A DNA stretch of 64,000 nt from the human T2T-CHM13v2.0 reference genome, Homo sapiens (GCF_009914755.1 NC_060927.1), one strand, 5' to 3'; positions 1-32,248 are shown, numbered from the stretch's first letter. Numbers and translations are program-made. The notes: generated by a model not told the origin, from the letters alone.

Positions 1-171
1 TTGATTAATGTCTCATGTCTCCCTAAAATCTATAAAACCAAGCTGTGCCCCAACCGCCCTGGGCACATGTCCTCAGGACTTCCTGAGGCTGTGTCACCAG
101 CAAGTCCTCAACCTCGGCAAAATAAACTTTCTAAGTTAACTGAGACCTTTGTCAGATTTTCTGGGTTCACA
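1..171 (+). mobile_element. 3' part of an ERV1 LTR (MER4-like), truncated by window start
   Basis: TATAAAA at 31-37, AATAAA at 121-126, ends in GGGTTCACA (LTR terminal CA). Resembles the MER4A 3' end as I recall it. Confidence 0.65.
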
Positions 172-1054
172 GCTGATTCAGAAGCTGGTTATTGACACCT
201 GCTAGGTGCTTGGGCCCAGCCTTGCCTGCCAGAGTAGGTTGAAGGAAACACCATGTCCCTGCCCAAGTGAAAGTGCTACCTGGATCTGAGTCAAGTCTGA
301 GACTGAGCCACTGTAGCCAGGCCACCCCTGGCACGGTGGCCACTGAAGCAACGAAACTCACAGTTAACTACCATCTGGGTTGGGTCCTACAGGCTGCCTG
401 GGATAGAAAAGCTGGCAGGGCTGAGGGAAAGAAGGGCCCAGGATGCTGGGGACAGCATGAGACTTGTACACAAGATCAAGCCCCAGAAGTGGTGACTGCT
501 GATCCAGTTCAGGAAGCAGGGTCCCAGAGTGATGACCATGTAGGCCCAGAGAGCCTGGCACAACTCTTGAGGGCTGAGGGAACAGAACATCAAGGCAACC
601 CCTGGCCCCCCTCCTCAAGGATTCATGCCACCTCCTGGTGCCCCCAGAAACCTAGTGCTGCAGTTGGCCCAATCCAGGTAACCACCAGGCCAGCATTCTC
701 CAGCTGGCCTCAGTCCAAGGGAGAAGCTCTAATGGTGGAACCATAGGAAGAAGCTGAGGGTGCCTGAAATCCTCCTCCACCCCAGGGCCCTGCCCACAGG
801 CCTGCTCCTACTGGGCTGGTCCAGTAGGATTGGCTCAAATGGTGTGTGTGTGCGCATATGTCTGGGGTCCATCAGCTTGATGGTCCAGTCCCGCCTGCTG
901 TCTCCGGTTGTTCAACACTTCAGATCTCTGAGCCGCATCACTCCCCATTACCTTATTCCTACCCACTCCCCGCTTTCCCCACAGGACAGTGCTGGCTCTC
1001 CCTGAGTTGCACTTTCCCTAGGACCATCTTTTAGGTCCTCCGGGGGAAGAAATG

Positions 1055-2030
<976 letters not shown>

Positions 2031-3548
2031 TGAATCTTCTCTCCAGCCTGGCCTCCCCCCACCATGGCCATGAGCACCTGGGACCCCTCCACTTGTATGT
2101 GCACCTCCTCCTTCACTGTGTGAATTTACCACGTCACCTTTCCAGTGTTACCACCTCACTCTCTCCTCTCCATTCTCTACCCATCACCGGCGAAAGAGGT
2201 GAGGGAAGGATATCTTTACAGCCTGGGTTGGCACTGGCTTGGCCGGGCTTGTTTCTCCCATCTGGCATCTCGGTCTTTGCATCTAGTGTGCATCTACCTC
2301 TATTTTGTCACTCCCACAAGGACGGGGGTCTTTGTTGGTGTGGTTCATAGATGCATCATCGATGCATCCCCAGCACCTAGCCCAGCACAGGCACACTGTG
2401 TGCTCAGCGTTTACTGAATGAGTAAGTCAGTATTAGGTGAAGTCAGGCCTGGTGCTGCTCTAGGGCTGCCCCTCCTGCCTCTGCCCACAGCAGCCACTAA
2501 GCCACACCCCAGCCCTGAACTGTTCACCTTCACCACCTCCAACTTCCTCCAGCCTCTGCCCAGGATTTGTTCCTGAGCATCGAGCTGCCGCCCTCACCTT
2601 TTAGAACCCAATGTGGGAAGCATCTCCAAGGGCACCACCCCTGCTCCCCTGCTGCTGGCTGCCCTCACCACTCAACGGCTTCTTGAGTCTGTCTCCCCAG
2701 AGCCAGAGCCTCCTGAAGCAGGGCTGCGTGGTGAGTCATCACGGACATGGGCGGGACCCCAGGTGTGGGGTTGCTGGCTGAGGGGAGAGGCAGAATGCAC
2801 TCCCGTCAGAGGCAGGGCTAGTGAAGCAGCTCAGAGCTGGTCTGACAACTCCAGCTGCTCCTTCTTTCCTCAGGGACAGCCAGAGACTAGCCATACTCTC
2901 CCACAGCCAGGACGGAGCAGACCTTAGAAGATGTTCCTGCTCCCAGGCCCAAGATGCCACCTCCCAGCCCCATCAGGCATCTCTAGAATGGGACAGGGAC
3001 TGAACCTCACGATTCAGATCCCAATCCCCTGCCCACCTCCCACCACCAGATCCGAGGGAGGGCTGTGACCCTGATGAGAGGTGTATGTGGCTGGTGTCCA
3101 CTGCCCTTGGGAGCAGGGACTGGAGGAGACACCCTTGCCTGTGGGAACAGCAGGGAAGATCAAACGTTTCTCCCTTGGGTTGGCAAGGAGGCTGGCACTG
3201 GTCCAGCTGGGAGGACAGGGGCAAGTGGCAGAAACACAATGAGCCCTGTCCCTCACACAAGGCGGGGCCTGACTCCCTTGCAACCAATACGGAGAAAGCA
3301 ACGTCCTTGGTGTTGGGATGGAATGTGGGTCCCTCCACTCCCACTGGGGTGGCTCCTGCCCCAGCAGAACAGCTCCAGAGTGGGCAGCTCTGGGCCCCCA
3401 AGTCTTGGTGAATACATCTTACACGAGAAGTCCCCAGCAGAGGGTTTCATAGAGACAGAGCTGAGCTCAAACCCCATGGGAAATTCTGGAATCTCGCATA
3501 CACTTTAGCCCAGGTACAAAATCCAAGCAGAGAAGCAATTGTTTTATG

Positions 3549-3554
3549 TTTAAT
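3549..3554 (-). terminator. HYAL2: HYAL2 poly(A) signal ATTAAA
   Basis: Plus-strand tttaat about 300 nt past the stop, next to an AU-rich (UAU)n run. Confidence 0.7.
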
Positions 3555-3854
3555 TTACAAAAGAGACCCCAAAATAATAATAATAATAAACTATCTAGGG
3601 CAAGGGAGTAGGGTCAGGTCCTCCCCAGCCCAGCTGTACCCTCCTTCCCCTCTGGCAGGGAGAGAAGGGGCCTCCCAGGGACTTCCCCTCCCCCTTAGAA
3701 CAGGGGGGTGCGAGCTGGTATGGATGCCCTCCTGGGCTTCCTGGGGGCTCTGCCCACTCCAGACTCCAGTTTGTCCACCCCCTGCAGGGTCCTACATGCC
3801 TAAGAGAGCCCTTGTGGTAGAGGCCAGCTTGCTAGGCAGCTAGGCAGGAGACCC

Positions 3855-6215
3855 CTACAAGGTCCAGGTAAAGGCCAGGGCTGCCAGAGCCAGCAGACTG
3901 GTGAGGTGGGACCCAGCCCAGGCCTCGCTGGCACCTCCAGCTGCCTGCCTATGGTCCCACTGGCATTGCTCACCACTCCAGCCCAAGTAGCACTGGCAGC
4001 GGAAGTGTGTCTGCAGGTGGTCAATGTCGGCCCAACTGAGCTCCCCCACAGGTCGCAGCTGGGGTTCACCAGGTGCATGGCCAGGCACTAGGCGGAAACT
4101 GTTGGTGCTGAGATGCAGGAAGGTACTGGCACTGGGGTTGCGGCGCACACAGCGCCCATGGCCATGGCACTGGGCCCGGCTGCAATATTGGGTGGCCCAG
4201 GACACATTGACCACGTAGGGGACCAGCAGCCGTGTCAGGTAATCTTTGAGGTACTGGCAGGTCTCCTGGAGGCAGAAGACAAGGACCACAGGTCAGGGTC
4301 AGCTGCCTCAGCCCACAGGCCCAGATGGAAACTGTGTCCACACTGTGATGACTATACCTTATTTTAACTGCACACATTCATACATTCAATCTGCACCTGA
4401 GCCACACAGTCCCTGCTCCTGCTGAGAAGTGGGTGGGGGTACAGACCGGAACCCAGTTGGGCAGATGGGGAAGGGCGGAACTCAACAGCTGTTCAGGACA
4501 GCATTTCCTCTTTCCTGAGAGCAGGGCCGGGGTGACCTCCTCCTGTTGCCACCAGGGATGCCTCGGGTGGGAGACAGACAAGGGGACCAGACTAGGATTG
4601 CCCACCTGAGGTTGGTAGCCAAAGGCCCTAACTCTCTGTCTGTCCCATAGACTGAGCTCTGGCAGGCTGGGTCTCGCTTACCGTGCTTGTGGTGTACCCC
4701 GCGTCACCCCAGAGGATGACACCAGCTGCGCCCAGGGCCGCACTCTCGCCAATGGTAGAGATGAGGTCCATCTATGCAGGAAAAGGGATGGTCACTGGGG
4801 AAGACTGAGACCACAGGGTGACAGGAACAGACAAGGAGGGCAGACCCCAGCCTGATTCAACCTGCTGAACTCCCAGCTCAACCCCCATTTCACGTCCAGG
4901 CAGAGGCTCATTTGTTTTGCTTCCTTTTTAAACATTTAAGTCCATTTCCACCCCACTTTTGGGGCTCAGTTTCCCAAGCCAAGGGCACACTTGAGCCTAG
5001 GTGCAGCTATCAGGATGGATTCCAAAGTTAGAAGGCCTGGGCCCCAGTCCCAGCTCTGCTCTGGATTTGCTGGGAAGCTTTGGGCAAACTTCTCAGCATC
5101 GCTGTGCCTCAATTGTTCTCATCTGAAAAATGGGGATAATGATGTCACCCTTTCAGGTTATAGACAGAATGATTTGAGGGGATGTGGAGCAGCCAATAAA
5201 CTACAGGTATAGTCCTATAGTGGCCCCTGATAACCCAAATGTGCAGTGGATCCTCAAGGAAGGAGAAAAAAGGCAGGGCCCTGGAGACACATACCTCACT
5301 AAGCCCCGTGAGCCTGCGGCTGTAGGTGGGTCGTGTGAAGACGTAGACTGGGAGTGCATGGTTGGCATGGTGGGTGCGAGCCACACGAAGGGCCTCCTGA
5401 ACACGGAAGCTCACAAAGTTGCGGCCATGGCGGGAGGAAGCAAGTGTCTCGTCCAGGTAGACAGACGGGAAGAGGGCCGTGCTCTCAGCCCACAGCCAGG
5501 CCAGCTGGTCATTGCGGGCCACCTCAACATCAGGGCAGCGGCCTGTGTAGCTCTCCCAGTTCTGCACATAATCATGATTGTAGCAGTCAGGAAAGAGGTA
5601 GAAGCCCCAGAGGTGCCGGGGCCGCACTGCCTTGACATAACGCAGTGTCTCCAGCATGAACTGCTGTGCTGCGAACTCAAACTCATATTGTGCCTGTTTG
5701 ACTATGCGGTCTGGAGGCCAGTCAGGGTGACGACTGGCCACTAGCTGGCGTGATAACCGGCGATACACATCTTTGTCCTGCCAGTTGCGCACCCACACAG
5801 GTCGCCAGTCCTCCCAGTCGATGACCGCCAGCCCCGCAGACTCCTGTGTCCGAATGTAGTGCTCCACACGTTTCTGCAGCATCTTCCGGTGTGCCCAAAG
5901 GCTGACATTCTGTGGCACACCACCATGCACAGACCTTCCGGCAGAATCGAAGCGTGGATACAGGCCTAGACGGTCGCGGTAGAAGATGGTAATATTCTGG
6001 TTCACAAAACCCTCATTAGGTGAGGCCTGCACATCAAAGGCATTCAGGTCCAGTGGCACCTTGAGGCGTGGGCCACAGTCCTGTGTGGGCACGTCCCACG
6101 CTACCACAAAGGGCCGGCCAGTGAAGATGGGTGGTGCTGTGGGCTTGAGCTCCATGGCCCATGCCACCGCCAGCACCAGGGCCAATGTAACGGTGGGGCC
6201 TGGGCCTGCCCGCAT
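3855..6215 (-). CDS. HYAL2: Hyaluronidase-2, GPI-anchored GH56 (473 aa)
   Basis: Coding exons 6215-5295, 4771-4682 and 4265-3855, all GT-AG, total 1422 nt. Signal peptide MRAGPGPTVTLALVL, catalytic IDWEDW motif, EGF-like C-terminus, hydrophobic GPI tail. Confidence 0.98.
5030..5180 (+). mobile_element. MIR remnant in HYAL2 intron
   Basis: Core-SINE-like tgtgcctcaattgttctcatctgaaaaatggggataat. Confidence 0.6.
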
Positions 6216-6739
6216 GCTGGGGGCTGCAGGAGGTGTCACCTGCCTGGCACCAGCTCAGGAACTGGAAGAAGGGTTGGGGAGAACAAGTCAGTCTAGGGAA
6301 TACTGGAAGTGCCCACCTCAAGCCCATCTATGCTCCCAAAGCCCATGCTGTGTGGGGGCACTGTGCTCATGGCTGTAATAGGTTTGAGAGACCACAGGCC
6401 ACTGCAGGGCAGACAAGGCACCCTGGGAACTCACTGCCAGAAGCACAGGGCTCTTTTCTGGAGCAGGTAGCCTGTGGCTCGGCACAAATCTCTATTAGGT
6501 CTGTGACCCTTCTAAGAACTAGATAATTTGGGCTCACCAGAGTCACATATATGCCTGCATACCATCCAGTACATGGTTTCAGAGAACCCTGAACAGCTGA
6601 TGCCCACCCTGTACACCGTGAAGAACCCTTGATCCAGAGAAACGACAGCATTTGGGTAAAGCAGGGAACAGCTCGTCAAGAGGCTACGAAACTGGAAGGA
6701 ACGCTGCCGGGAGGCTTCTATCCGTGTAACACTCGCCCG

Positions 6740-8550
6740 GCAGAAGAGTGAGGCTCTCCGGACTTTCTCTCGAGCGCTGACACTCTCCCGGCTTGGAGGA
6801 GGCCCCGTAGGGACAAAGGGGCAGCGGACCTCCCACGGCGGCGCCGGCCGCCCGGCCCTTCCCTCCACCGCCACCGGGAATGCGCGCGCTCGCCTCCCCC
6901 GCCCGGCCGCTCAGGGCTAGAGCGCGCTCCGCCGGGTCTTTGTGCGGGACCCCGCCCCCGCCCCACACGTGGGGCCTGCGCCCGGTCGGGTGGGGGTGGG
7001 GTTTCTGGGACGCCTCTCCGCGAGCACCCCCGGGGATTCAGACCCCAGCCCAAGGGGAGAGAGCCGCCAGGTTTGCACCGCCCGCCCTCACCTCGCGCGG
7101 GGCGCCACCGGGACCGGCGCCAGGGCCACCGCCATCCCGGGCCCAGCCCAGCCCGCTCCGGCCGTTCGCCCAGGCGCGGCCCGGCTCAGCGCCTCTGCTG
7201 GCTCCGCCCCCAGGCACGCTGGCCCTTTAAGACTCCAGTGCGGAGGTGGGCCCGGGATTGGACTTGCGGACGGGGCGGGAAGGTGTGGTCCACCTTTCTC
7301 GGTGCCGGTGCCTCGTTTCGGGCTCGAAGAGCCCCAGGTCCTCTGCAGAGGGACGTGGCCGCCCATTTAGGACCCTAATGCCCCTCTGAGCCGGGCTTTC
7401 TATGGGAGTCTCAGCCACGAGCGCCAGTCAGCCTGAAATGTTTCCCCTGCAGCCCGAGGCCGGTGGTTCAGTCCTCCCAGCTCCGCGGCGCCGCCAGCCC
7501 TTTAAAGAGACAGTGTGAGGGACAAGGCAGGGGGACGGGAAGGGGAGGGGGGAATAGGAGGAGGCGTTGCCCCGTTCGGCCATCAGGAGGTGCTGTGGTA
7601 CTCCGAGGTTGGCAGGGGGCAGCACCAGATCTGGCTCTGCACCCCCTAACGTAGACGCCAGCCGTGGGTCCCCTTTGTGTGGAAAAAGGGACTTTGACCT
7701 GAGGCGACCTCTGGTCTCCTGGAGAGTAGTGCCCCGCCTCCCACGAATCAGGGGCCCCCTTCTCTGGTCCGCCGTCTAAAGGGAGGCCCCGCCCCCTGCC
7801 AGACTGAGGGAAGGGGCCAAGCACCGCTTCTTAGCCGGCCCAGGAAGGGCCGAGGCAGTCGTTATCCTGGCAGCCCGGCTCTGGGTCGCGGCGTGGCCGC
7901 AGGGTTGGGGTCAGGGAAGCTCAGAGGGGTCTAGGAGGTTGGCCGCCCCTCTCCCTGACTCGCATCAGGGCGGGACAGTCATCCCTGAGATCCCGTCCTT
8001 TTCTGCCCAGTCTCTGAGGTCCTTTGGGAGCCCGGCTCCCTCTCAACCCCGAGGAGGCCTCCATTCCTTGCAGCAGTTTCTGGCTGGACCTCCGAGAAAG
8101 CCAGCAAGAGGGGTCTCCCAGGGCCTCCATCCCGTATCCAGCGCCCCCTACGCTCCACAGGCCTCTCCCGGTGGGGGGCAGGCTTAGACCCTGGCGAGCC
8201 CCGTGCGAAACCACCTCGGCTCTTCCTAGGTCCGCTCCCTTGTGCGAGACTCAACTCCCAAAAGGGCCCGCGTCTGCACCACCAGCCCCTAACCCTCCCG
8301 GGCGCCAGGAGAGGGAGGGAGTGCAACTGCGAGCGCATCTGTGGGGGTGCAGACCAGCCGTCTGCTCTGGGCTCACCTGTGTGGGAGTCCGTCGGCCCAG
8401 TAGGTCGGTGGCCTCCCTCCTTCCTGGGGTGAGCCTCTCCAGCTAGGCTACTTGCGCCAGCTGCTGCCCGTTGGGCAGCTCGCCGAGGACTTGATAAACC
8501 CCATTCCCTCCCATCCGCTCCCGCCTCCCATCCCAGCCCTTTCTCCTCAC
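6740..8550 (-). promoter_or_regulatory. HYAL2: HYAL2 CpG-island promoter with alternative non-coding first exons
   Basis: CpG-dense with GC boxes. Minus-strand GTGAG donors at 7091 and 8376; exon-2 acceptor at 6262. Confidence 0.7.
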
Positions 8551-10651
8551 TTCCTGCTGCCCCCTGAGAGGAAAGGGCCAGGAACAGGCGTGGGGGAGGA
8601 GATCGCCTTGACCCTGTTTCCCTCCAGAATGCCCTGCTGGCTGGCTGCCCTCCCCACCCTTCCCGAGTAGGATCTGGCCCCGCCAGCTGCGCCAGGTGAC
8701 AGGAAGGCTATGGGCTCAGGATCAGGTGCCAATCTCCCCCACACCCACAGCTTCCAACACTAGGGAACCTCTTCACTCCTTCCCTAGGATTGGGGCCCAT
8801 CCTCAAATCCAGTAGGGTGTGAGAGGATGGGGTCAGGTGGTGGTGCTTTTGGGAGTCAAAATACTTGGGGGTCGTTCAGCTGATGGTCCCCCAGAGCAGG
8901 TGCCCAAGAAGGGAACTAGCCTTGGGGGGAGGGTCGGGGGGACTTCCAGTAGCTGAGTCCGTTTTTTTCCACTGAGAGCTTCCGCATCCTGTGTGACAGG
9001 ACAATGTGTTAGTGAGTGTGACTGTGTGGGTTGGGGAGGAGGGGATGGACTGGGAGGGTTCTGCAGAGTGCTTTCCTGCTGGAGTTCATTCCTGGATGGA
9101 TTTCAGAGTCCACTATACAGAGTAGGGGGCTCCTTACAACATGGATGAGGAAAGGGGTATACTCCTCTGGGAGGGGTGTTCCTGTGGCTGGCCCTAGGGA
9201 GGACTGCAGCAAGGTTCCAGCAGACCTCTCCAGGGGTGCAAATCTACCTACCCTCAAATCACCCAGAGCCAACCCCTCAACAACCCAATGGCCCAATGCC
9301 CAGGAGCCTCTCCCCCAACAGAAGGCTGTGTGAGGGGTAGGTGAATACCCAGGAGTCTGGCCCTGAGGACCAAGGAGTCCAAGACATGGTAGGGGAAGGT
9401 GCAGTGTCCCTGTACCACTGTGCTGGCTTCACAGGGGCCAGAAGCCTTGAAAGCTCCATGGGTGGGGACCCCCGGGGAAACAAAGGCTAGGCCAGACTGT
9501 CCCAGGGCAGGGACACTTCCTCAGGCAGCCAGCAGGAAGGAAGTGAGCACAGCCCGGCGGGAGAGAGTGGGGAAGTGTTGCCTGACCCCCATTGTTTCCA
9601 GCGATGGGGTCAGCTGGGTAGGCCCAGCACAGGGAGTTCCCTCAGGCTGGGACAGTGGTGGTAGGAGACAGGATGCTATCTGGCATGGGAGAGCCCTGGG
9701 CCTTGAACAGCCAGTAGAGGGGGACCATGGAGGATGACAGGGCCTCATGTTTGGCATCTTATGGGGGTATGGGGAGGCACCCCACAGAACTGCAAGTCCA
9801 GGCTGGATATGGTGATCCTGCCCTAGCCTTGACAAGTTCAAACCTCCGAAAGACTGGCAGACCAGCTCCCTACACTCAGAAGCCTGTCCCTGAAATCTCC
9901 CCTCTTTAACTGGGAGTTGGACTGATAGTCAAAGCCTAAGCCTAGTAGAGAATCTGCCTTATAGCAGCCCCTGAGAAGTGCAGGCAGAATGACCACAGTG
10001 GGCAGGCTGCAGGTGATGAGAAGATGGGGGCAACAGACAGCAGGGGCAATACTAGTGGGCCGAGCCTTGCTTGCTGAAACAGCAGCCTGAGCTCATTCTC
10101 CCATGGTGTCCGCAGGCAGGCCTCAGAGGAGGCACATGAGTTTGGGTTGCTGAGCCTGGCAGTAGGCCAAAGGCGTGGGGACACCTATCTGGCTGCTGTC
10201 CATTAAAGCTGGGCCTTTGAGGTCCATGGGGGTCAGGCCATGACCCCACTTAGGATCAGCTGGCGATGCTACAGCTAAGACAGATATTCCAGAACTATCT
10301 TGGGTCACACTCTCTCACCTTAGATCAGGCAGGTGGGGCCAATCCTTAGTGAAGTATCCCAGGGCCTTCTGATTCCAAGGGTCACCACCACATGGATCAC
10401 AACAGATAAATGAGTGCCCTCCCACCCTGCAGGGGGCCTGCAGTGAGGTCTGTGTGAACACACAGCCACCTGCTGGCCACAGTTGGGATGGCCACAGGCT
10501 GGGCTCAGACTTACTCTTGGGCTTTGCTGGTCATAGGGGGCCTGCCAGAGTCCTGTGCCAGGCCTACCTATTGAACCCAGGTGGTAGTCTAGACACTGGG
10601 TGTCAGAGCCCCCACAGGATGCCACTCTCATGTGCAGGATCTACAAATCAT

Positions 10652-10657
10652 TTTATT
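10652..10657 (-). terminator. TUSC2: TUSC2 distal poly(A) signal AATAAA
   Basis: Plus-strand tttatt about 1.2 kb past the stop. Confidence 0.8.
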
Positions 10658-11732
10658 GAAATTGAACAAATAACACAACAGTCTTCCTAAGCTAGGGGCC
10701 ATCCTCCCCAAGCCATTTCCCACATTATAGAAGCACAGAGCTTGCACAGTACTTAAAAAAAAAGTCACCTCTATATAGAAATCAGACTCTGCCACGACAT
10801 CATCATGGACTATTTACAAACCTTCACATTATAAGTATTCCTTTTATGGTTTTTCCCTCCTTTCTTTCCCTACCCAGGGGTTCTAGTGCTTTCCCTTGAC
10901 TGATCCTGAAGGGGTGGGGGTTACTGTAAGGGAGGGGGTGGTAGGCTACTCATAACTACTGGCACCAGCCTTAGGGTGTTGTCCCTTACCACAAGGTGGT
11001 GAACAGTCCCCTCCCAATTGGAGGGGTGGAGGATTTGGTGCAAAGCCATGGAGATTAGACAGAATAGGTGGGTTGGAGTAACTCCCCATAGGCACAAGCA
11101 TCCGCAGCCTGTCCTGACCCCAGCCTGCACTCTCTCAACTCCTCAACTGGGGGTTCGGGGTTGGGGGGCAACAGTTAGTTGCAGTAGGGGGATCAGCCCA
11201 GCCCTGGGTAGAGGGAGAAGCCCCCACCCAGTCCCCACTCCTATCAATAGCCAGCAAACTGTCCATCCATCTGAAGGCGGGAACAAATGGCAGGTAGGTC
11301 GGAAGAATCAGGCTGGCACTGCCCCCAGCCTCTGTCCAACACAGGAGGAATCGAGGTAGCAAACGGCTGAAATGCTCTGACTAGGGGTTAAAAGGGAAGT
11401 GAAGGAAAGGAAGTTCCTACTTGTATACAGTGCCCACAGCCTAGGGGCTGGAAGAAAGCATACCTTGCTTGTAAAGTGCTGTAGCCTCTAGCAGGGCTAG
11501 GCCCCAGGCAAACTTGGAAGAAAGCAGACCAGGCAAGGAACCAGGTAACGGGCATTCCTGACTGGTATATGCCCTGCTGTGCTGCTTGCAGGGGTGGCTT
11601 GGGAGAGTGGGGTGCTAACTCTGCCATTAGCCTTCACCACCCACCAACCACCTCTTGTCCACACACAAACCAACACCCAACCAATACTGTGGGACCGACC
11701 CGCTCACAGCTGAAGGTTATGGGCCAACAGAG

Positions 11733-11738
11733 TTTATT
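11733..11738 (-). terminator. TUSC2: TUSC2 candidate proximal poly(A) signal AATAAA
   Basis: About 107 nt past the stop, followed on the mRNA by a GU-rich element (11660-11686). Confidence 0.6.
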
Positions 11739-11844
11739 CAGGGTTGTGGCCCCAGCCTGGGCTCCTCAATGGAAGCCACACCTTGATTGAGCCTGGGAGT
11801 TTCTTGCCGGGGCAGGGGGTGCTTCTGTCTGCCACCTCCCAGGG

Positions 11845-13823
<1,979 letters not shown>

Positions 13824-14453
13824 GTCAGGGCCGCCGGCGCATGGCGGGCCCCGTGGCCGCTCTGCTCACACCGCAGTCCGCACTACCATAACCTGCCCCA
13901 GCCGCTGATCGCAGGTGCCGCCGCCGCCGCCTTCCGCAGGCTCGGCTGTCTCCACGGAAACCTCACTTCCGCTTCCGCACGCTGCCACCTCTGATTGGCT
14001 GTTGCTCAAGTCGTGGGGGCGGGACCAATGGGCGCCCTTAGATGCTGGGCATCCCAGCATGCGTTGCGAGATCCCAGGTCCCAGCAAGCGCGATCTGACC
14101 AGCTGGGACAGCTCCCACCGAGGAAAGTGGTGGCCGTGAGTCCTCCCGGTCTTTTGGGTGTATTTGGCGGCTCTGACGTCCCCCAACACCTGAGTTCAGG
14201 CCTAGCAGGACTTCGCAAGCACCAATCCTCAAACCTGCACTTCAGGGCCTAAGGCCAGACCGCCGGGTGCCCATCTGGCTTCTATTTTCACAGCTGTATT
14301 TTTGCGATTGCCACGCTTATGTGAACTAACCAAGTTGAAAGAAAATTAAGGAACTGGCCAGATTCACATAGTTACATTCAGTTCTGAAGAACTTCGAATT
14401 CAGTGTTTTCAAACCCAGCAGAGTCCATGCTTAATGAAAGCAAGAATTGTTAA

Positions 14454-15164
<711 letters not shown>

Positions 15165-15523
15165 AGTTTCCCTAAGTTCTAACTGCAGTCCATTTTTGTC
15201 TCCACCACAACCTGAGCCCCAGGGAGCTGAGTGATGACCAAGTATGTATGCATACTACATCTTCACAAATTGGTCCATGGTGACTTTGCAAGACACCTGG
15301 GAGCCTGTCCATCACCCTTGGCAACTTCTGGCACCATGAGGGGCAACTGCAGCTCTGCGCCTATAATAATAAAGAGTCCAGGCTGGGCAGGGTGGCTCAC
15401 ACCTGTAATCCCAACACTTTGGGAGGCCAAGTTGGGAGGATCCTGGGCAACACAGAGAGACTCATGTCTCTACAAAAACTTTATATGTATAAAAGATTCC
15501 AACAGCAGGAGGATCTTGAAATC

Positions 15524-15529
15524 TTTATT
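15524..15529 (-). terminator. RASSF1: RASSF1 poly(A) signal AATAAA
   Basis: Plus-strand tttatt about 775 nt past the stop. Confidence 0.75.
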
Positions 15530-16303
15530 GAGCCAATTCTCTCAGGCCCCAGGCCCTGATGATGACTGTCACCCCAACCCCTTTCCCCACAGGAGGCATT
15601 CAGCTGAGGCCACCACACATTACATACATTCACGCACTTCATAAAAAACACCTGAGGGAGAGACCCTGGCTTTGATTAGCAAATAAGGTATGAACCTGGG
15701 CCAGTGCCCACATTCACACAGACCCTGGCCCAGGGACATCCTCCTCATATGAAGCATTAAGGCACATGCTGTACTGTGAGCCAGCACTCCCTGACCTCAG
15801 GGTGTGTGAGGAGTTGGCACTGTAGAGAGAAACCAAGACTCTTCCTCAATGCCTGCCTTATTCTGAGCACCCACCCTTAGCTCTGATAAGGATATCCTGA
15901 GACCACATTCAAGATCCAAAACCTTTCCTCATAGATGAGGGCCGTCACCCCTGCAAACATGACCCTGTTCTGTTTGCAGGGTCTCCAAGATTTTCACTTC
16001 TGAGACAAAAATTGAGGAGACTTCTGTCTGCACCACTCCTGCTGCAGGCCTGGAGCAGCTTCTCAGGGCAGCCCTGGCCCACTAAGGCCCAGTAATGAGG
16101 GCAGAGGGGTGCAGAGCCATACCTGGCTACACCCACAGGTGGACACAGGGAGCAAGCTACTTCGCTGTTCTCTGGGCTCATTCCCCCAGCACAGGAGGGC
16201 CTCCATGCACACTCATTCCACAGGCCCCACTGGCCCTGTCACACTCACACGGCACGCACTTGGCGCTGCCTGCTGTCTGCCTTCCACCTGGGGGTACAAG
16301 AGG

Positions 16304-26529
<10,226 letters not shown>

Positions 26530-27133
26530 GGCCCGGTTGGGCCCGTGCTTCGCTGGCTTTGGGCGCTAGCAAGCGCGGGCCGGGCGGGGCCACAGGGCGG
26601 GCCCCGACTTCAGCGCCTCCCCCAGGATCCAGACTGGGCGGCGGGAAGGAGCTGAGGAGAGCCGCGCAATGGAAACCTGGGTGCAGGGACTGTGGGGCCC
26701 GAAGGCGGGGCTGGGCGCGCTCTCGCAGAGCCCCCCCCGCCTTGCCCTTCCTTCCCTCCTTCGTCCCCTCCTCACACCCCACCCCGGACGGCCACAACGA
26801 CGGCGACCGCAAAGCACCACGCGGAGATACCCGTGTTTCTGGAGGCCAGCTTTACTGTGCTAGAGGAAGAGGGTCCCCACATCCGGCCCTGGCCCTCCTG
26901 GTCCGGTTTGCTGAAGCAACACACTTGGCCTACCCACTGGGTGGGGCAGGAAGTCTCGAGCCTTCACTTGGGGTGAGGAGGAGGGAGATCGGTCAGCAGC
27001 TTTACCGCCCGCTCTGCTCTCCACTGCGGAGACTGGGGCTCCGGCAGAGGCTGGACCGTGATCTTGAGGTTCAGGGGTGCATTCTGGGTGGATTCCCTTG
27101 GCATGGGTGGTCGGCCCTCAGCAACTGCAGCCC

Positions 27134-31620
<4,487 letters not shown>

Positions 31621-31940
31621 AGATCCTTGTGGTCTGGACTCTGTCCTCAGACGCCAAGTCCGCCTGCACAGGGATGGGGGTAACCCCGACCCCAACAGCC
31701 CCTCCTGCGGCTGTGGCATCTTGACCTACCCGCTGCTCTTCCTCCTCCTTATGGCTTCTTGGTTCCTCTATTTCTCGCGTCCCGGCTCCACTAGTTGGCT
31801 CCTGAAATACTGCCAGGGCGCACGACTTCTCTCCATCCTCCCTATGTCCAGACTGTCATCACCTGTCATGGGTGAACTGCGGCAGCCTTTTCTGTAGACC
31901 TACTTCCACGCTTGATCCTCATGGACAGCCCGGAGCCTTA

Positions 31941-32248
<308 letters not shown>

